A stretch of 44,135 bases of DNA from an uncultured Jutongia sp. Lineage in GTDB: Bacteria > Bacillota > Clostridia > Lachnospirales > Lachnospiraceae. The position numbers and the translations under genes are program-made. The notes below the pieces were generated by a model. The model was not told the DNA's origin. It saw only the letters and a list, made by a program, of their open reading frames with translations, and did not search any database. The stretch lies in assembly GCA_964617075.1 (NCBI GenBank), contig CAZTVO010000002.1, positions 1-44,135 on the forward strand, written 5' to 3'. This document shows positions 8,809 through 18,165 of the stretch, piece after piece. How positions within the stretch are numbered: position 1 is the first letter of the stretch; the number at the start of each line of letters is the position of its first letter.

Positions 8809-9590
8809 TGAAAAAGCTGTACTGTATTCCCCAAATCTCGGAGCTTGGCAAATATCTGGACTTTTCCGAAAAGTATGAAGCGCGTTTTGAATACAACGAT
8901 TTTTTTGTAACGAAGATTCTTGACGATAAAGATGCAATAGAAAGGATCGTAAAAACGTATCGGGACGCGGGGCGCGACATGTCGGGCGACATAATGCACG
9001 GCGCGTTTTTGGACATATGCGTAAACAGCGCCGACTCGAAGATATTCGCGGCAAGCGACTACAGGGTGCGCCAATGCATGGATATTGCGAGAGATATGGG
9101 GCTTAGGGCCGTAGTATTTCACACGAACTATATAGTAAATTTCAGGCTTCGCTCGTATATAAAAGCGTGGATTGAATCAAATGAGGCGTACTGGCGCGCT
9201 ATAATTCGCGAATATCCCGAGCAGAAGATTTTTATGGAAAATATGTTTGACGATGCGCCCTTCATGCTTTCGCAGCTTGCGTGGAGAATGAGGGACGAGC
9301 CTAATTTCGGCGTGTGTTTTGATGTGGCGCACGCGTTTATTTCCGGCTCGCCGCTTGACGCGTGGTTTGATAAAATGAGGCCGTACGCCGTTCATCTGCA
9401 TATAAACGACAATGACGGCAGCGAAGATCTGCACGCTCCCGTCGGAAGCGGAAAGCTTGATTGGAACGATTTTAACAAATGGTGCCTGTCGCTTGACGAC
9501 GCTCCGTCGGCGCTCATAGAAGTGAGAAGCTACGCGGATTTGATAAGGTCCGTCAAGTTCATGGAGCAAAACGACATATATCCATTTTAG
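8808..9590 (+). CDS. AP-endonuclease-2/xylose-isomerase-like TIM barrel metalloenzyme
   Basis: MHGAF, VFHTN, MENM, FDVAH, HLHIND, EDLH, IEV motifs; TGATG stop/start overlap with the cyclase. Confidence 0.85.
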   Translation: MKKLYCIPQISELGKYLDFSEKYEARFEYNDFFVTKILDDKDAIERIVKTYRDAGRDMSGDIMHGAFLDICVNSADSKIFAASDYRVRQCMDIARDMGLRAVVFHTNYIVNFRLRSYIKAWIESNEAYWRAIIREYPEQKIFMENMFDDAPFMLSQLAWRMRDEPNFGVCFDVAHAFISGSPLDAWFDKMRPYAVHLHINDNDGSEDLHAPVGSGKLDWNDFNKWCLSLDDAPSALIEVRSYADLIRSVKFMEQNDIYPF

Positions 9591-9610
9591 GAAGGAAGGA
9601 CATAGACAAC

Positions 9611-10513
9611 ATGATTTCCCAATCAGTTTTAAACGCCATGATCGAGGTGGCGGCCCTAAGCTTTGTGATGCCGGTCGGCATCGCGCTTGTATGGAAAATG
9701 TACAACAGGATCAGCATTTCGCCGGTTTTTGTGGGAGCCGCCGTATTCATCGGATTCGGAGTTTTGCTCAAATCCGTGCCGGATATGTTTTTTTTATCCA
9801 TCGACAGTCCGGTATCGAGGTTTATAAATTCACACCCGTTTGTATACGCCGCCTACGCGGGGCTTGCCGCGGCTGTTTTTGAGGAGGCGGGACGGTTTGT
9901 CGCGTTCAGGTTCTTTTTGTCCAGGCACGGCTACAGGGAATGCGCGGTTTCCTACGGATTGGGTCACGGAGGCGTCGAGTGCATTGCGGTTCTTGGCTTT
10001 TCCTATATCCAGAATTTCATGTATGCCCAGCTTATAAACGCGGGCAGTATGGACGAAATATATTCAACTTTGCCAAGCGAGGAGGCCGTCGACGCGTTTA
10101 AGGCCATGGCGGAGAGGATTTCAAACATTTCCGTTTCCGACTGCGTCTGGGAAAGCGTCGAGGGGCTTTCCTCAATGGTTGTTCAGGTTTCTCTTTCGAT
10201 AATAGTTTTTAAGGCGGTTGTGGAAGCGGGCAAAATGGGCTGCCTTGCCATCGCGGCGCTGCTCCACGCGCTTTTTGAATTTATTTTGTCGCTGGGAGGA
10301 CAGCTTGGCCTGTCCGCCGTATTCACACAGGCCATTTTATTGGCGTATGCCGCGGGCGTGGCGTTTTTCGCGTACAAACAGTACCGCGGCCTGCCGGCGG
10401 CGAAGAAGGAGGACAAAAAGCCCGTGACGGACTGGGGCTACGCCTCGAGAAAATATTCGGACATTAAAAGGGATTCGGATGACGTTAAAGAGCCTCCCAA
10501 AAACCCTGATTGA
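9611..10513 (+). CDS. YhfC-family glutamic-type intramembrane protease
   Basis: Multi-TM; FEEAGR, GLGHGGVE, LLHA motifs. Confidence 0.85.
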   Translation: MISQSVLNAMIEVAALSFVMPVGIALVWKMYNRISISPVFVGAAVFIGFGVLLKSVPDMFFLSIDSPVSRFINSHPFVYAAYAGLAAAVFEEAGRFVAFRFFLSRHGYRECAVSYGLGHGGVECIAVLGFSYIQNFMYAQLINAGSMDEIYSTLPSEEAVDAFKAMAERISNISVSDCVWESVEGLSSMVVQVSLSIIVFKAVVEAGKMGCLAIAALLHALFEFILSLGGQLGLSAVFTQAILLAYAAGVAFFAYKQYRGLPAAKKEDKKPVTDWGYASRKYSDIKRDSDDVKEPPKNPD

Positions 10514-10560
10514 CGGCGCCGTCTGGAAAAAGCGCGGCGTATGGAAGCGCGAATGTTGTT

Positions 10561-11700
10561 ATGAAGATACTTGTGTTGGAAACGAGAAAACTAAGCTACG
10601 GTTCGTCGAGCTTTTTTTTGGCGAAAATCTGCGGCGCGCTGCGGGCGAGGGGGCATGAGGCCATCCACCGCGTTATAACGGACGTGGAAGCCGACAGCGC
10701 GCTTCTTGAAAGTTTTATCGGCAAAAGTTTCGACGCCGTTATTGACATAAATTCCATTTTGCCGCTTGTCTGCGACGAGGACGGCGCAAGGTACCTCGAC
10801 GGCATAGACGCGCCATTTTTTAATTTTATTGTCGACCATCCCATGCATGTGCATGAATATTTGAATGTGAAACTTGAAAGGTATTATGTGATATGCCTGG
10901 ACAGATGCCATAAGGAATATGTTGAAAAATATTATCCGCACATTAAAGGAGTTAAGGCCGTCCCGTTAGGCGGCGCCCGCGCGGGCGGTGACGTCAGGTT
11001 TGAGGACAGGAAGCACGGCATACTTTTTCCGGCGACTTACACGCCCCCGTCGTATTACCGGTCGATTCTTAAAGACGAGGGGCTTTTGGGGCGTGCCGAC
11101 AGGATTTTGTCGCGCATTTTGGACGGAGACGCCAGGCCTGTGCATGAAATGTATATGGAGGACGCGGGACTGTGCGAAAAAAATTTTGCCGACGGGATGT
11201 ACGCGGCAAGATGCATTGACAGATATATACGCGACTATTTCAGGGAGAGGGCGGTCGAGGAGATTTTGTGCGCGGGCTTTCAAATAGACGCCGTCGGGGC
11301 CAGATGGGAGATGTACGGCGGCAGGGGAAGAGGCGGCCTTAAAATTTATGGCGGTCGAAGCTACGCGGAGGCGCTTGAGATGATTTCGGACGCGAAAATC
11401 GTGTTAAACGCCCAGCCGCTTTTTATACAGGCGCCGCATGACAGGGTCTTTAACGCGATGGCGAACGGGGCGGCGGTTCTTACGGATTCCTGCGAATATA
11501 TAGAAAAAAAATACGCGAGGGACATGCTTTTGTATGACAGGATAAGTCCCAAGGAAAGCATTTCTAAACTGTCGGACGCCATAAGGGATGGGGATTTGCT
11601 AAAAAAAATGGCGTCAAGGCTAAAAGAGTGCGCCGAGGCGTCCGAGACTTGGGAAGACAGATGCGGCAGGATAGAGAGGTTTATAAAACGTGCTTTATAG
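10561..11700 (+). CDS. GT-B glycosyltransferase (Glyco_trans_1_2/CgeB-like)
   Basis: IVDHP, KIVLN...HDRVFNAMANGAAVLTD motifs; start position uncertain (10510 or 10561). Confidence 0.75.
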   Translation: MKILVLETRKLSYGSSSFFLAKICGALRARGHEAIHRVITDVEADSALLESFIGKSFDAVIDINSILPLVCDEDGARYLDGIDAPFFNFIVDHPMHVHEYLNVKLERYYVICLDRCHKEYVEKYYPHIKGVKAVPLGGARAGGDVRFEDRKHGILFPATYTPPSYYRSILKDEGLLGRADRILSRILDGDARPVHEMYMEDAGLCEKNFADGMYAARCIDRYIRDYFRERAVEEILCAGFQIDAVGARWEMYGGRGRGGLKIYGGRSYAEALEMISDAKIVLNAQPLFIQAPHDRVFNAMANGAAVLTDSCEYIEKKYARDMLLYDRISPKESISKLSDAIRDGDLLKKMASRLKECAEASETWEDRCGRIERFIKRAL

Positions 11701-14404
11701 ATATCTTAAATTTGACAAAAAGAGGATTGCGGCCTTTGCCGCGACTGTTTTATTTATCCTAATACTCCAGTATATAGTCTGCGGCTCGATAGTTTCTAGG
11801 CAGAACGTGACCACCAAGGCCGGCAATGACGACAGCAGCGTCATAGGAATCATAGACGACGAGGAAATCATACGGCAGAAATTTAAATTTGACAGAAAAG
11901 TCGTGCTGTCGCAGTTTGTTCTTTATTTCGGCGCGTTTGAGAGGGAGGACGTAGGCGACGTCCTTCAGATACAGATGACGGACGCCGACAACTACATAGT
12001 ATACGAAACGGAAATACCTGTCGACAAGATAAAGCCGAATAAGACGTATGCGGTAAACATGGACCACACCGTCACAATTCCCAAGGGTGTGGTTTGCTGC
12101 ATCAGGATTACGTGCAGCTCCGAGGGTGTGCCGTACGCGATAATACCTACTCTTAATACGACGAACCGCACCGATCCAAATACGTACATGTCCACCCTAA
12201 AAATGCAGACGCGCAAAAAAAGCCTAAACATATCCTATTCTTATTCGTACAGGCAGATATATCCCCTGATAGCGCTTGTATCGGAGTTCGCGCTGATATT
12301 TGTCATATGCTTCGAGCGCGTTACCGACTACGCGCCCATGTTTAGAAAAAGGCGCAAAAAAATGCTTGCCCGTATGGAAAAGGAGCGTCTGCTGCACGAA
12401 GAGGCGCAGGAAAAGAGGCGGGCGGCGGGAAAAGCCGTGGAGGGGCAAAAAAAAGGAGGGCGATACGACGAAAAAAAGAAAAGGCGGCTTTTTAGGCATT
12501 TTAGCCTGACAGGCATTGTGCGGTACTGCCTTTCGGAGCCAAAAGTAGAGGCATGGATAAGGAGGGCAATTGTTTTCATAAATCCGTTGGCGCTTTTTGT
12601 CATGCTTGAGATGATGAATGGAAACATCGCGCATATGTATCCGAACGTGTGGATTTTTACATGGATTCTTCTTTTGGCGTTTGAGTTTATATTTTACGCG
12701 GTTTTTGGAAACATGAACATAGCTATGGCCGTAATGGATCTGATTTTGTTTCCTTTCGGCCTTGCCAACCTTTTCATAATGAACGTAAGGGGCACGCCCC
12801 TTCTTCCGGCGGACATATTCGGCCTTGCCACCGCGAAGGAGGTGGCGGCCACGTATTCTATCAAGTTTACTCCCGCTGAATTTATAATCATCCCGGCGTT
12901 TATCATCTGGATAATGCTTATAGTCAGATTTTATAAAAAATCGAAGCGCGCGAAAGAAAAAAGGGATGTTTTGGGCGCGGTTCGCGCCGCGCTGAAAAGA
13001 TGCGCGCCGGCCGTGGCCGCATGCGCGGCGATTTTAATAATGCACGCCACGCCGCTGCTTACGGCGGCGGGCATAGAGGACAACGTCTGGAACAAGGCGG
13101 CGTCGTGCCGCTCTAACGGCTTTTACATGAATTTTTTCATAAATATGCGATATTTAAAGGTAAAGGAGCCTTCGGGATACTCCGTTGAAAAAGTGGCGCG
13201 GCAGATAAAAGATTTTAAGGATTGCCCTCCCATAGAATATGGCGAGGCTGACGGCGGAGAAATCCTTACAAACTGCGATTTTGGGCCGTGTGAATCGCTT
13301 GGCGAAAAAAAGCCCAACATCATACTTATAATGAACGAGAGCCTTGCCGATTTTTCGCTTGTGGGCGACGTAAATTACAACGCCGATCCGCTTGAGTTTA
13401 TACATGGACTAAAGGATGACGCCATAAAAGGGCTCGACTACGTGTCCGTATTTGGAGCGGGAACGAGCAATTCCGAGTTTGAGGCCATGACGGGCAATAC
13501 CATGGAATTTTTTCCAAGCGGATGCAACGTCTATCAGCAGTTCATGCATGACGAGACGTACTCCATTTCGTCATATCTAAAAAGCCTGGGGTATTCCTGC
13601 GACGCCGTGCACCCAAGCAGCGGCAGCAACTGGAACCGGGTAAATACATATAAGAGCATGAAATTTGACAGGTTCATCACTATAGACGATTTTAAAGATC
13701 CGGAATATGTCAGATACATAAGCGACAAGGAGAGCTACAAAAAGGTAATAGAGCTTTACGAAAAGCGGGATAAATCAAAGCCGATGTTCGTGTTTGACAT
13801 GACTATACAAAATCATGGCGGCTACCTTACGAATACGAATTGGGAGGAGCCTGTTTACGTAAAGGATTCCTATTACGACGAGGCAAAGGAATTTCTCTCC
13901 GCCACAAAGGTTTCGGACGACGCGTTCAAGTATCTAATCGACTACTTTAAAAATGAGGACGAGCCTACGCTGATATGCATGTTCGGGGACCACTTCCCGT
14001 CCATTGAGGAGGAATTTTACGAGGATTTGCTAAAAAAGCCTCAGGAGGAGTGGGAACTTGAGGATATACAGAAGCGCTACGCGACTCCGTTCGTAATATG
14101 GGCAAATTACGACATTAAGGAGGGCGAGAACGTGTCCATAGGAAACAACCTTATTGAAAATATGGTGCTAAAGGCGGCGGGCATAGAGCTTCCGCTTTAT
14201 AATAAATATACGGAGATGGTCTCAAAGACCATACCTGTGATGAATGTAAACGGATACATGAACGCCGACGGCGAATGGCGCCATTACGGCAGGGACGAGA
14301 CGGAAGAGGAAAAAAAGCTTTTAAGCGGCTATGAGCTGCTTCAGTACGCCTATTACAGCGACGGCGACAAGGAAAAAATGTCCGCGCTTTTCGAAATGGA
14401 CTAG
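11690..14404 (+). CDS. LTA-synthase-family (alkaline phosphatase/sulfatase superfamily) membrane enzyme with extra N-terminal domain
   Basis: PNIILIMNES, GTSNSEFE (catalytic Thr), TIQNHG, FGDH motifs after several TMs. Confidence 0.88.
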   Translation: MLYRYLKFDKKRIAAFAATVLFILILQYIVCGSIVSRQNVTTKAGNDDSSVIGIIDDEEIIRQKFKFDRKVVLSQFVLYFGAFEREDVGDVLQIQMTDADNYIVYETEIPVDKIKPNKTYAVNMDHTVTIPKGVVCCIRITCSSEGVPYAIIPTLNTTNRTDPNTYMSTLKMQTRKKSLNISYSYSYRQIYPLIALVSEFALIFVICFERVTDYAPMFRKRRKKMLARMEKERLLHEEAQEKRRAAGKAVEGQKKGGRYDEKKKRRLFRHFSLTGIVRYCLSEPKVEAWIRRAIVFINPLALFVMLEMMNGNIAHMYPNVWIFTWILLLAFEFIFYAVFGNMNIAMAVMDLILFPFGLANLFIMNVRGTPLLPADIFGLATAKEVAATYSIKFTPAEFIIIPAFIIWIMLIVRFYKKSKRAKEKRDVLGAVRAALKRCAPAVAACAAILIMHATPLLTAAGIEDNVWNKAASCRSNGFYMNFFINMRYLKVKEPSGYSVEKVARQIKDFKDCPPIEYGEADGGEILTNCDFGPCESLGEKKPNIILIMNESLADFSLVGDVNYNADPLEFIHGLKDDAIKGLDYVSVFGAGTSNSEFEAMTGNTMEFFPSGCNVYQQFMHDETYSISSYLKSLGYSCDAVHPSSGSNWNRVNTYKSMKFDRFITIDDFKDPEYVRYISDKESYKKVIELYEKRDKSKPMFVFDMTIQNHGGYLTNTNWEEPVYVKDSYYDEAKEFLSATKVSDDAFKYLIDYFKNEDEPTLICMFGDHFPSIEEEFYEDLLKKPQEEWELEDIQKRYATPFVIWANYDIKEGENVSIGNNLIENMVLKAAGIELPLYNKYTEMVSKTIPVMNVNGYMNADGEWRHYGRDETEEEKKLLSGYELLQYAYYSDGDKEKMSALFEMD

Positions 14405-14450
14405 CGCGGAAAGATGTAGAAACGCTATATTAAACGAATAGGAGGAGATT

Positions 14451-15902
14451 ATGATGAAAAGACTGGCGGTTTTTGCGGCTTTGTGCTTATTTGTGCCTGT
14501 TTTTCTTTCAGGATGTTTAAAAGGCGACGCAGATATGAAAATATCCGAGGACGGCTCGTGCGTCTTTAGGTCGACGCTAAACGTTGAAAAGGATGCCGTC
14601 TTGGCTGTAATCGCGGACGCGCTAAACAACATGGACGGCGGAGCGGGATTTTCAAATGACGCGGTTGAGGCCCTGCTTGAGCAGTCCGGCTACGTACCGC
14701 ACGAAATCGACGGCGTGCAGTATTACGACATTTCCGACATGGCCATGCAGAATCCGTATGAATACGGTTCCATCGACGATTTTTATTGGGACAATTTCGA
14801 TACCTCAAAGGCCATGGCAAAAGAAGACGGCAAAAATGTCTTTAGCATATCGGAGACGTCCGCCGTTATAAAAATTTCGAAAGAAGCCGCGATAGGCGGC
14901 GAGCGGGCGCTTGAGCTTTACAGGACTTTCATGGCCGCCGCGCTCGAGCTTGACAGTCCGGACGACCTAGTCATTAAGGACGAGGACGCCATATACGAAA
15001 GTCTAAAAACGGCGATGGTAGTCTTTAGCGTGACGTTTCCTTCAAAAATAAGCGAAGCGTCGTCGGGAGCGGCCGTATCGGAGGACAAAAAGACAATGAC
15101 GGCAAAATACCCGCTGGCGTCGGAGGAAGATTTTTATGAATACGCGATTTGCGAAAACGACATAGGCGCGAAAGGCGCGTACAACGGCGCCATATACGAC
15201 GGCGCGGCGGTCATTTCGCTTCCCGACGGCGCGCTGGCCTCTGTAAACGGCAAAGAGGCGGACGGCGGCGAGATAGAATGCGCGGAATCGGGAATATACA
15301 CAATCAAGCTTAGCGACGCGTCGGGAACATCTGAAACGATGTTTTTCGCCGTTGATTCGCAGGCTCCCGCCATACGAAAAAAAGACGGAAAAAATTCGGC
15401 CCCAAAAAGCCTTTACGAAAAAAATGAGGACGAAGCGCTTTTAGCAAAGGGATATTTATGCTTTTACGACGAGGTTTGCGGCATAGACAGCGTTAAGATA
15501 GACGGAAAAGACGCGCTGCCTGACGCGCAGGCGGTTGAAAGTTCGCAAATCGATCCGGAAACGGGGAAAAAGAAATATTTAGAGCCAAAATACCTTTACG
15601 CCGTAAACTCGCTGGAAGAAGGAGAGCATGAGATAGAGGCGGCCGACATATTAGGCAACGAAACGACAGTCGACATTATAGTCGACAGGACGAAGCCCGC
15701 GATAAAAGGCGTAAAAAACGGCAGAACGTATAAAAGGGCGGTAAAAATCAGGTTTTCTGACAAAAATGGAATAAAATCGGCCAAGCTCAACGCCAAATCC
15801 GTCAAGTCCGGCGCGCGCGTAAAAAAGAAGGGCAGATACGTGTTAAAGGTCGTGGACGCCGCCGGAAACTCAAAAACTGTAAAATTTAGAATAAGGAAAT
15901 AA
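14451..15902 (+). CDS. Lipoprotein with C-terminal Ig-like repeats
   Basis: Lipobox LSGC; repeated D.AGN/DILGN and VD.T.P.I motifs; Lys-rich C-terminal domain. Confidence 0.75.
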   Translation: MMKRLAVFAALCLFVPVFLSGCLKGDADMKISEDGSCVFRSTLNVEKDAVLAVIADALNNMDGGAGFSNDAVEALLEQSGYVPHEIDGVQYYDISDMAMQNPYEYGSIDDFYWDNFDTSKAMAKEDGKNVFSISETSAVIKISKEAAIGGERALELYRTFMAAALELDSPDDLVIKDEDAIYESLKTAMVVFSVTFPSKISEASSGAAVSEDKKTMTAKYPLASEEDFYEYAICENDIGAKGAYNGAIYDGAAVISLPDGALASVNGKEADGGEIECAESGIYTIKLSDASGTSETMFFAVDSQAPAIRKKDGKNSAPKSLYEKNEDEALLAKGYLCFYDEVCGIDSVKIDGKDALPDAQAVESSQIDPETGKKKYLEPKYLYAVNSLEEGEHEIEAADILGNETTVDIIVDRTKPAIKGVKNGRTYKRAVKIRFSDKNGIKSAKLNAKSVKSGARVKKKGRYVLKVVDAAGNSKTVKFRIRK

Positions 15903-15923
15903 TCTCCCGCCGCGCGCAAAACC

Positions 15924-15952
15924 TTGCATTTGCCGCGATTGTGTGCTAGAAT
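15924..15952 (+). promoter_or_regulatory. rplS promoter
   Basis: TTGCAT-17-TAGAAT with extended TG. Confidence 0.7.
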
Positions 15953-15971
15953 CTCTAAATGTTGCAAACAA

Positions 15972-16017
15972 TGGCATTCCTCTGTTACGGCCGCCGTGCG
16001 CAGGTATTAAGAATGTC
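15972..16017 (+). ncRNA. Ribosomal protein L19 leader (putative autoregulatory element)
   Basis: GGCATTCCTCTG...AAGAATGTC hairpin directly before the rplS RBS, resembling the Firmicute L19 leader. Confidence 0.65.
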
Positions 16018-16040
16018 AAGTGGTTAAGGAGGTCATACAG

Positions 16041-16388
16041 ATGAACGAAATTATTAAAGCTATTGAAGATGAACAGCTAAGAACGGACATTGCCGACTTT
16101 AATGCCGGAGATACCATAAAGGTGTACGCGAAAGTTATCGAGGGCACGAGGGAGCGCGTCCAGGTGTTTGAGGGCACAGTGCTTAAAAGGCAAAACAGCG
16201 GCATAAGGGAGACCTTTACGGTAAGGAAGTTTTCCAACGGCGTGGGCGTGGAAAAGACGTGGCCGCTTCATTCCCCGGTTATAGAAAAGATTGAGGTTGT
16301 GCGCAAGGGCAAGGTAAGGCGCGCCAAGCTCTACTACCTTCGCGGCAGGATTGGAAAGGCGGCAAAGGTCAAGGAAGCCGTCAACTGA
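16041..16388 (+). CDS. rplS: 50S ribosomal protein L19
   Basis: [28 protein letters not shown]; RBS AAGGAGGT. Confidence 0.98.
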   Translation: MNEIIKAIEDEQLRTDIADFNAGDTIKVYAKVIEGTRERVQVFEGTVLKRQNSGIRETFTVRKFSNGVGVEKTWPLHSPVIEKIEVVRKGKVRRAKLYYLRGRIGKAAKVKEAVN

Positions 16389-16443
16389 CGGCGTTTCCTT
16401 TGACGCCATGGCGACCCGAGGCCGATTTCAAATGTTTTAATCC

Positions 16444-16472
16444 TTTACAACTAGAATGCGCGGCGCTATAAT
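16444..16472 (+). promoter_or_regulatory. tRNA promoter
   Basis: TTTACA-17-TATAAT. Confidence 0.7.
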
Positions 16473-16496
16473 GGGAAAAGTTTAGCCGATAGGCAT

Positions 16497-16570
16497 GCAT
16501 CTGTAGCTCAGCGGATAGAGCAATGGTTTCCGGAACCATGTTGTCGGGGGTTCGAGTCCCTTCAGATGCG
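16497..16570 (+). tRNA. tRNA-Arg(CCG), CCA not encoded
   Basis: Acceptor GCATCTG/CAGATGC, anticodon arm ATGGT-TTCCGGA-ACCAT, T-loop GTTCGAGT. Confidence 0.95.
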
Positions 16571-16652
16571 TTTTTTCATTTTACGGGTTTTTTTGGAGCG
16601 GACGTGGGAGCCTAGGCCTGCACATGGCGATATGGAAGGAAGTGCGCGTTTC

Positions 16653-17348
16653 ATGCGGTTGAAATATAAAAAGCTGATTTTAATTTTCACAGTCGCGATC
16701 ATGTTTATTGGCCTTGGCACTTTTTCGATGATCGCGCCGTCCGTGGATTTGTCGTTTGGCAAGGCCTCGGACGGATCCGGCGCGAAAAAGCCTTCCAAAA
16801 GCGTTGTGGACGGCATGACGGAGGGCGAGATTCAATCGACGATCTCTTTGCTGGTGACGAATTACTACGACGCGAAGCAGCGCGTGGACATGGACGAGAT
16901 AGCCGAGTGCGTAAACGACCCCGCGAAAGTCGACAACAAGCGACTTGTCGCGGAGGCGGAATACGTCGAGGCGTATAAAAATATCGACTGCACGATAAAG
17001 GAGGGGCCGAAGGACGGCACATATATAGTATATGTCTATTACGAAATAAAGATATACGACATAGACGAGCTGGTGCCCGCGCTCAATTCCATATATGTCG
17101 TCGCGGACAAGGACAAAAACTTCAAAATCTACTTTGGAACGGTCGACAGCGAGGTGCAGCAGGCGATAGACAAGCTAAACGAAAGTCCGGAGATTGAAAA
17201 GCTTACCGATTCAGTCCAAAAGAGCTTTGAAAGCATAGTAAGTTCCAACGAGGAGGTAAGGGACTTTTACGAGATGCTCGAGAGCAATACGGACAGCAAC
17301 GAGGCCGTTGAAAACAACGAAAATATAGAAGATGAAGCAGGCAAATAA
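16653..17348 (+). CDS. Membrane-anchored extracytoplasmic protein of unknown function
   Basis: Basic N-terminus plus one TM, acidic soluble domain; start moved to MRLKYKK so it does not overlap the tRNA. Confidence 0.75.
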   Translation: MRLKYKKLILIFTVAIMFIGLGTFSMIAPSVDLSFGKASDGSGAKKPSKSVVDGMTEGEIQSTISLLVTNYYDAKQRVDMDEIAECVNDPAKVDNKRLVAEAEYVEAYKNIDCTIKEGPKDGTYIVYVYYEIKIYDIDELVPALNSIYVVADKDKNFKIYFGTVDSEVQQAIDKLNESPEIEKLTDSVQKSFESIVSSNEEVRDFYEMLESNTDSNEAVENNENIEDEAGK

Positions 17349-17402
17349 AGGTGGTCCTTTTGGATCACCTTTTGTCTAATTATTATACGTGGAGGGCGGC
17401 GT

Positions 17403-18143
17403 ATGGGAACCTGTGCGGGCGGAGCCGCAGACGGTGGGCGCGGCGTCCGGATAAACAAATATCTTGCCATGGCGGGCGTATGCTCAAGGCGTGCCGCGGA
17501 CAGGCTGATAGGCCAAAAGAGGGTTTTAATAGACGGAAGAACGGCAAAGCCGGGCGACAGGGTGTTTGACGGGCAGAAGGTAGCGCTTGACAAAACCCCC
17601 GTATTTATAGACGACGAGGAAATCTATATAGCGTTTTACAAGCCGCGCGGAGTAGTGTGCACGACGGCGGATGAGGAGAATGGCAAAAAAATAAAAAACG
17701 CGGTCGACTTCATAGGGTACGAAAAGAGGATATATCCGATAGGGCGGCTCGATATGGATTCGGAGGGGCTTTTGCTGCTTACAAACCAGGGAGACGCCAT
17801 GGAAAAGATACTTAGAGGAAGCAACGGCCATGAAAAGGAATATTTTGTCAGGGTGGATCACAAAATAACGGACGAATTTATAAAAGAAATGGGACGGGGA
17901 GTGCCAGTGCTTGGCGTTAAGACGAAAAAGTGCAAAGTGTGGAAGGAGGACGACGAAAGCTTCCACATAATATTGACGCAGGGGCTGAACCGTCAGATAA
18001 GAAGAATGTGCGCCTACTTTGGGTACGAAGTCTCATATTTAAGGCGCGACAGAATCATGAACATCACTCTTTCAGGCTTAAAAAGGGGAGAGTACAGGCG
18101 ATTGACGGATCGCGAGGCAAAAGTTTTAAAGAGCCAATTATAA
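17403..18143 (+). CDS. RsuA/RluB/E/F-family rRNA pseudouridine synthase (RluF-like)
   Basis: S4 domain RINKYLA..G.CSRR; GRLDMDSEGLLLLT; QGLNRQIRRM. Confidence 0.93.
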   Translation: MGTCAGGAADGGRGVRINKYLAMAGVCSRRAADRLIGQKRVLIDGRTAKPGDRVFDGQKVALDKTPVFIDDEEIYIAFYKPRGVVCTTADEENGKKIKNAVDFIGYEKRIYPIGRLDMDSEGLLLLTNQGDAMEKILRGSNGHEKEYFVRVDHKITDEFIKEMGRGVPVLGVKTKKCKVWKEDDESFHIILTQGLNRQIRRMCAYFGYEVSYLRRDRIMNITLSGLKRGEYRRLTDREAKVLKSQL

Positions 18144-18165
18144 TAAAAGACATTGGAGGTTTATT

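Noticed and set aside
8137-9054. 305-aa minus-strand ORF and other long antisense ORFs (e.g. 27878-28531, 42033-42587)
   Set aside because: Shadows of well-supported genes; no motifs or RBS
5789-9590. Pycsar/CBASS-type anti-phage system
   Set aside because: The cyclase has a CHASE2 sensor and ATP-type specificity residues; no cNMP-binding, TIR or other recognisable effector is adjacent
16497-16650. tRNA as an integration site (att)
   Set aside because: No integrase and no duplicated tRNA 3' end seen in the window
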